This document shows, in pieces, positions 60,053 to 64,000 of a stretch of 64,000 nt of DNA. The notes below the pieces were generated by a model. It was given only the letters and a program-made list of their open reading frames with translations. It was not told the DNA's origin and searched no databases. A program made the position numbers and the translations under genes. Origin of the DNA: Terriglobia bacterium (GTDB taxonomy: Bacteria > Acidobacteriota > Terriglobia > 2-12-FULL-54-10); NCBI GenBank assembly GCA_965222345.1, contig CBDCTS010000007.1:43853-107852 (forward strand), read 5' to 3'. Position 1 is the stretch's first letter. Every line of letters starts with the position of its first letter.

Positions 60053-61063
60053 ATGACAATAGAAAAAACCGTGAACGATTTGGCCCGTTTGGTGGGAGGA
60101 GAAGCGGAAGGCGCAACCACCAGGGTGATTTCCGGAGTTGCGCCGCTCGAAAGCGCAGGAGAAGCAGACGCTTCCTTCCTGGAGTCGGATAGGAAGCTTA
60201 AGCAAGCCATCACCTCTCGCGCGGGGTGCTTGGTAGCTCCGCCGGGTTTGGACCTTCCGGGAAAAACAACCATTCGGGTTCGCAATCCTCGTTACGGGTT
60301 TGCCCGGATCATGCGGATATTTTTCCCTCCACCGCTCCGGCAGCCTGGAATCCATCCGACCGCCCAGATCGGCGACAACGTTACGCTGGAAGCCGGAATC
60401 GAGGTCGGCCCCTATGCGGTGATCGGCGCAGGAACCAGGATGGGTGCGCGGTGTTCCATCGGCGCCGGTTGCGTCCTGGGAGAAAACATCGTTTTGGGAG
60501 AAGACTGCGTATTGTATCCCCGCGTCACCCTATACGCTGGCACGCGGCTCGGCTGCCGGGTGATCCTGCACAGCGGCTGCGTGGTGGGAAGCGACGGATT
60601 CGGCTATGTGTTCGAGGCAGGGCGGTATCACAAATTCCCGCAGACCGGCGGCGTGGAGATTGCCGACGACGTGGAGATCGGCGCCAACAGCACCGTGGAC
60701 CGGGGAGCTTTGGAAAACACGCGAATTGGCCGTGGAACGAAAATCGACAATTTGGTTCAGGTGGGCCACAGCGTGCAATTAGGGGCAAACTGCGTGGTGG
60801 CGTCCCAGACGGGCATCTCCGGAAGCTCTGTGATTGAAGACAACGTAGTTATCGCCGGGCAGGTGGGCCTCGGCGAACATGCGAGGGTGCAGAAGGGCGC
60901 AATTCTAGGGGGGCAGTGCGGTGTTCTTCCTCACAAAACCATCCGCGCGGGCCAAACCGTCTGGGGCACCCCGGCCCGGCCTATTCGCGAGCATCTGGAA
61001 CAACAGGCGCTGGTGGCCCGCCTGCCGCGATTGCTCCAAAAACTGGGTGTGTCGCGGACCTGA
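60053..61063 (+). CDS. lpxD: UDP-3-O-acylglucosamine N-acyltransferase
   Basis: Start at MTIEKT. N-terminal domain, long left-handed beta-helix hexapeptide repeats and a C-terminal helical tail. Confidence 0.85.
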   Translation: MTIEKTVNDLARLVGGEAEGATTRVISGVAPLESAGEADASFLESDRKLKQAITSRAGCLVAPPGLDLPGKTTIRVRNPRYGFARIMRIFFPPPLRQPGIHPTAQIGDNVTLEAGIEVGPYAVIGAGTRMGARCSIGAGCVLGENIVLGEDCVLYPRVTLYAGTRLGCRVILHSGCVVGSDGFGYVFEAGRYHKFPQTGGVEIADDVEIGANSTVDRGALENTRIGRGTKIDNLVQVGHSVQLGANCVVASQTGISGSSVIEDNVVIAGQVGLGEHARVQKGAILGGQCGVLPHKTIRAGQTVWGTPARPIREHLEQQALVARLPRLLQKLGVSRT

Positions 61064-61443
61064 AACGCAACGGAAGCTGCCCGGAACAACCGTCCAGACT
61101 GAGACTGGCAGCTTTACCCGCCGGAGGCTGTGCTAAAAATTTGGGCATGAAGCCGGCTGCCGCCAAGATGACCTACGATCAACATTGCCTCCTCCCCATT
61201 GCCTCCTCCCCGAGGAAGGTAAACATTATGAGTTGATTGACGGAGAATTTTTCGCGACTCCTGCGCCAACGCCCCGACATCAACAGATTCTGAGACGACT
61301 TGCGTTCCAGCTCCCGGCCTATATAGACGCCAACGGGCTTGGTGAGGTTTATCCGGCTCCCGTGAACATCGTTCAGGCAAGCAACCCCGTCCCGGCCCTT
61401 CCCGGCTGAACTGTTTCTTGAAATGCTCCAAGCCCAGACCCTG

Positions 61444-61821
61444 CTATGGGGTCGGTTTGGTAACGTCAGGATAGCGATCGAGCAGCCTCAGCAATTGGGG
61501 ATCGCCCAGGTCGGCGGCTGCTTTCGCATGTCGCCGAGCCTGTTCGTAATCTCCCCGCACGGCGCACATCTGTCCCAGTTGGATGTGGCTCTCCGCCAGA
61601 CGCGGGTCCAGCGATAAAGCTTTCCGGAACTGTTCCTCTGCTTCCGCCGCCTTCCCCTGCAAACGGTAAAGCACTCCCAGGTTGTGATGGGGTTTGGCAG
61701 CGGCCGGGTCGGCCTCGATGGCCTTCTGTTGCTCCCGAATGTGCCGTCCGGTTTCGTGATCGAGAGCAGGCTCAATAACTTCTTCGCGAAAGAATCCCTT
61801 CTGCACGGTTTTCTTCTTCAT
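61444..61821 (-). CDS. Tetratricopeptide-repeat protein
   Basis: Three TPR units (…HHNLGVLYRLQGKAAEAEEQFRKALSLDP…). Confidence 0.6.
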   Translation of the reverse strand: MKKKTVQKGFFREEVIEPALDHETGRHIREQQKAIEADPAAAKPHHNLGVLYRLQGKAAEAEEQFRKALSLDPRLAESHIQLGQMCAVRGDYEQARRHAKAAADLGDPQLLRLLDRYPDVTKPTP

Positions 61822-61861
61822 GAAACCATCCCAACCCTGACTGGCTCAGTGGAAAAGCATA

Positions 61862-62470
61862 TCAGCGGCGGCTGAGGTCGTTGAGGAAAGTCTGGCGGGT
61901 TTGATGAAAAATTCCAGATTCGGACGATTCCGGGCTTGTGTCGCTGCCGAGAACGTTCAGCACCTTCAATTCGGACGGGGGGCCAGCCGCGGATGCTGCT
62001 GCACGTCCCGCCGCCGTTTGATCAAAGCGAGCGTGCGCCGACCGTGCTGCTTGCTGCTCCTGGGCAATGCCGTCCAGCAGGTTCAGCAAGGCCGCGCCGT
62101 AACATTCAATCAGAACGAGGTCGTAGCGCTCTGCCCCGTCCAGCCGCTCGTTCCAGCCGACCAGTTCCTGGCAGGCCTGCCCGGCCCGCGCGATGCTCGA
62201 ACCGGAAGGCAAACTTCCCGGCAAACCGTCGATACTCCGGCTGAACCGCTCGTTCAGATCCTTCCATCGCTCCAGCACAATCAACGCGCCGTAACGCGCC
62301 TGATCCAGAGCCATCTCCCAGCCGAAAAAGGAGCCCTTCTTCTTTCCTTCCAAACGCGCCAGATAGCTTCTTGTCTGCGTGAGGTGGCCGGAAAACGAAT
62401 CGACAAAAGCCGCCAGGCAGCCAAGATATTCCGGCTCCGAGAGAGCCTCTCTGGAAAATATTTCCTGCAT
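61862..62470 (-). CDS. Hypothetical protein (202 aa)
   Basis: ORF with coding-like GC3. No motif recognised. Confidence 0.4.
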   Translation of the reverse strand: MQEIFSREALSEPEYLGCLAAFVDSFSGHLTQTRSYLARLEGKKKGSFFGWEMALDQARYGALIVLERWKDLNERFSRSIDGLPGSLPSGSSIARAGQACQELVGWNERLDGAERYDLVLIECYGAALLNLLDGIAQEQQAARSAHARFDQTAAGRAAASAAGPPSELKVLNVLGSDTSPESSESGIFHQTRQTFLNDLSRR

Positions 62471-62501
62471 CCGCTATTTATTCGGAAAAAGCGCTGGGAC
62501 C

Positions 62502-62849
62502 CTAAGAGCTGTGTTCCTCAGAGGCCGGAATAAACCCAGCCAGTGCCGTCTCGATGTCCTCCGGCCCGAGTTTCTCCCCTCCATTCAACCGTTCCACAAT
62601 CCCCTGGATTAGGGTCTTGGCTTGGTCCTTGCGGTAGTTTTTGATGAAGCCGTCGTAGAAGTGTTCCCCGCTGAGGGCGCGGCTGATTTCATACTCCTTG
62701 TTGTGATCCTGCAGCTCCGTGAAATAAACGACCTTGTATTTTCCGGAGTACGCCGTCTCGCGATAAATCTCAAACATCACCTGATCGGACTCCATTGTCG
62801 TTTGACTCCTCAACCCGCCGTTCGCCAGGCATCCCCTGTCTTGGGCCAC
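62502..62849 (-). CDS. Hypothetical small protein (probable start at the internal Met MESDQVMFEIY…)
   Basis: ORF only. No motif recognised. Confidence 0.35.
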   Translation of the reverse strand: MAQDRGCLANGGLRSQTTMESDQVMFEIYRETAYSGKYKVVYFTELQDHNKEYEISRALSGEHFYDGFIKNYRKDQAKTLIQGIVERLNGGEKLGPEDIETALAGFIPASEEHSS

Positions 62850-63004
62850 CAGGCGTAGCGATCTTTTCTTCAGCCTTCCACTGGATTATACCAAACGAAA
62901 GCCCCCCTTGATCCGCCGGAGACTTCCGCAAAATAAAAAAGGAGGCAGCAACTGCCTGCTGCCTCCTTCCATATTGTTCGGGGTCAGAACCCCGGCCTGA
63001 GCCG

Positions 63005-64000
63005 TTAATCGCCGGAGACGGGTTGCTCCAAATCGAGGGTCTCCGCCAGCGGCATCTCCGCCATCTTCTGAAGCGGCATATCTGCCATCTCCCGGCGCAG
63101 GCGGGCTTCGAATTCCCTCAACTGGGCGTCCAGCCCCTGCTTCTTCTGCTTCTCCCGCACCATATCTTCGCGGTACCGCTTCAGGAAGTAGCCGATGGTT
63201 TCCACACGGATCTTGATGGAACCGGTAGGCTTGTTCTCGTCGATGTCCTTGAAGGCGAAGTAGGGAGTCCCGGACTTCTCCACAATCTCTTCCACCACCG
63301 TGTAAATGGGGGCATCGTGGCCGCACTTGAAGCTCGACAGCTCCAGCGCGATCAGGTTGGGATGGCGGGCCACATACTTGGCCGTCCAAACCTTCCGGCT
63401 GGTATTCTCGCTGTAAGAGTTCTTCCATACGTCGCTGATGTCCATCGGATGGGGAATAATCCCGGCGCGCACCTCCTCGCCAAAGAGCCGGTCGAGGATC
63501 TCTGCGTCGATGGGCAGCGAGTCCTGCGAGAAGATGGGGTAGTCGATCTTCTGGAATTCCTCCAAAATCTCGTGGTTGATGCCGGGATCGTTGTGATAGG
63601 GGCGTCCGAGCAGGACGATACCCAGGCGGTCTTCCGCCTCCAATTGCGCCAGCACTTTCCGTGCTTCGCCTCGCATCACCACGTTGTCAAATTGGTCCAG
63701 AGCCTTGTAGCCTTCTTTGATTGCGCGCAGGTTCTCTTCCTCGCTCAATCCCAAAATATCCTTGAACTGGAGATACATCTGCCGGGTCAGCAGGTCCGGC
63801 TTGCTGGGGTTCACGAAGGTATCGAGAAACAAGACGCCTTTTTCCTGAAACAGATCGCCTTCCTTGGTGAAGGCCGCCTTCACCGAAGCCGGCGTCGCGC
63901 TCACCGTCGGGCAGGACCGGGTGCTCTGGACATTCTTCAGGTCGGTGGTCAGGCAGTCGATCATCGGGAAAAAGATCAGATCCAGTTTCTTCTTGGCATG
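63005..64000 (-). CDS. Acyl-CoA dehydratase activase-related protein (COG3580/COG3581-like, DUF2229 C-terminal region), partial; the N-terminus lies beyond the window
   Basis: …LLGRPYHNDPGINHEIL…KYVARHPNLIALELSSFKCGHDAPIY… resembles the C-terminal domain of the large CoA-substrate-specific enzyme activase-associated proteins. Confidence 0.5.
   Translation of the reverse strand, partial: HAKKKLDLIFFPMIDCLTTDLKNVQSTRSCPTVSATPASVKAAFTKEGDLFQEKGVLFLDTFVNPSKPDLLTRQMYLQFKDILGLSEEENLRAIKEGYKALDQFDNVVMRGEARKVLAQLEAEDRLGIVLLGRPYHNDPGINHEILEEFQKIDYPIFSQDSLPIDAEILDRLFGEEVRAGIIPHPMDISDVWKNSYSENTSRKVWTAKYVARHPNLIALELSSFKCGHDAPIYTVVEEIVEKSGTPYFAFKDIDENKPTGSIKIRVETIGYFLKRYREDMVREKQKKQGLDAQLREFEARLRREMADMPLQKMAEMPLAETLDLEQPVSGD

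Noticed and set aside
1-64000. CRISPR arrays, rRNA genes, integrase/attachment sites next to tRNA-Glu
   Set aside because: No regularly spaced direct repeats of CRISPR type were seen. No rRNA-like sequence. The tRNA-Glu flanks contain no integrase or repeated tRNA 3' end.

Overview
High-GC chromosomal segment, most likely from an Acidobacteria-type genome. The evidence is carboxypeptidase-regulatory-domain TonB-dependent receptors, DUF1552/DUF1592 pairs and cytochrome-c/beta-propeller fusions. Content, start to end: (1) a TonB-dependent receptor gene split by two tandem, identical copies of a ~1.41 kb ISNCY/IS1202-like insertion sequence; (2) two mirror-image paralogous clusters encoding a sulfite-dehydrogenase-like molybdoenzyme (TAT signal), a small cytochrome c, a CarboxypepD_reg-cytochrome c-beta-propeller fusion and a diheme cytochrome c, on either side of an SMP-30/gluconolactonase-like gene; one diheme cytochrome gene is split by an IS3-family element; (3) a large beta-propeller repeat gene with an in-frame TGA, an amidohydrolase, a secreted ankyrin-repeat protein, a DUF1552/DUF1592 pair and a second TonB-dependent receptor; (4) tRNA-Glu(CUC) and a conserved frr-pyrH-tsf-rpsB / rpsI-rplM block, with a third ISNCY-like copy inserted immediately upstream of the rplM promoter; (5) a nucleoside transporter gene split by a second IS3-family copy, a BASS transporter and an acyl-CoA synthetase; (6) a lower-GC island of ~3 kb carrying an unrecognisable 449-aa protein with a C-terminal Rx4H (HEPN-like) motif, followed by a beta-class DNA methyltransferase fused to a C-terminal HNH nuclease. 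This island is the best candidate for an undescribed restriction/defence module; (7) a TolB-like propeller, an NYN+OST-HTH protein, a candidate selenoprotein (redoxin with a UxxC motif fused to a DsbD-alpha-like domain, with a hairpin after the in-frame UGA), SYLF, lpxL/lpxA/lpxD, ASCH and TPR proteins, and a partial acyl-CoA dehydratase-activase-like gene at the window end. All coordinates that I derived myself (IS ends, tRNA, alternative starts) are accurate to about +/-2 nt.
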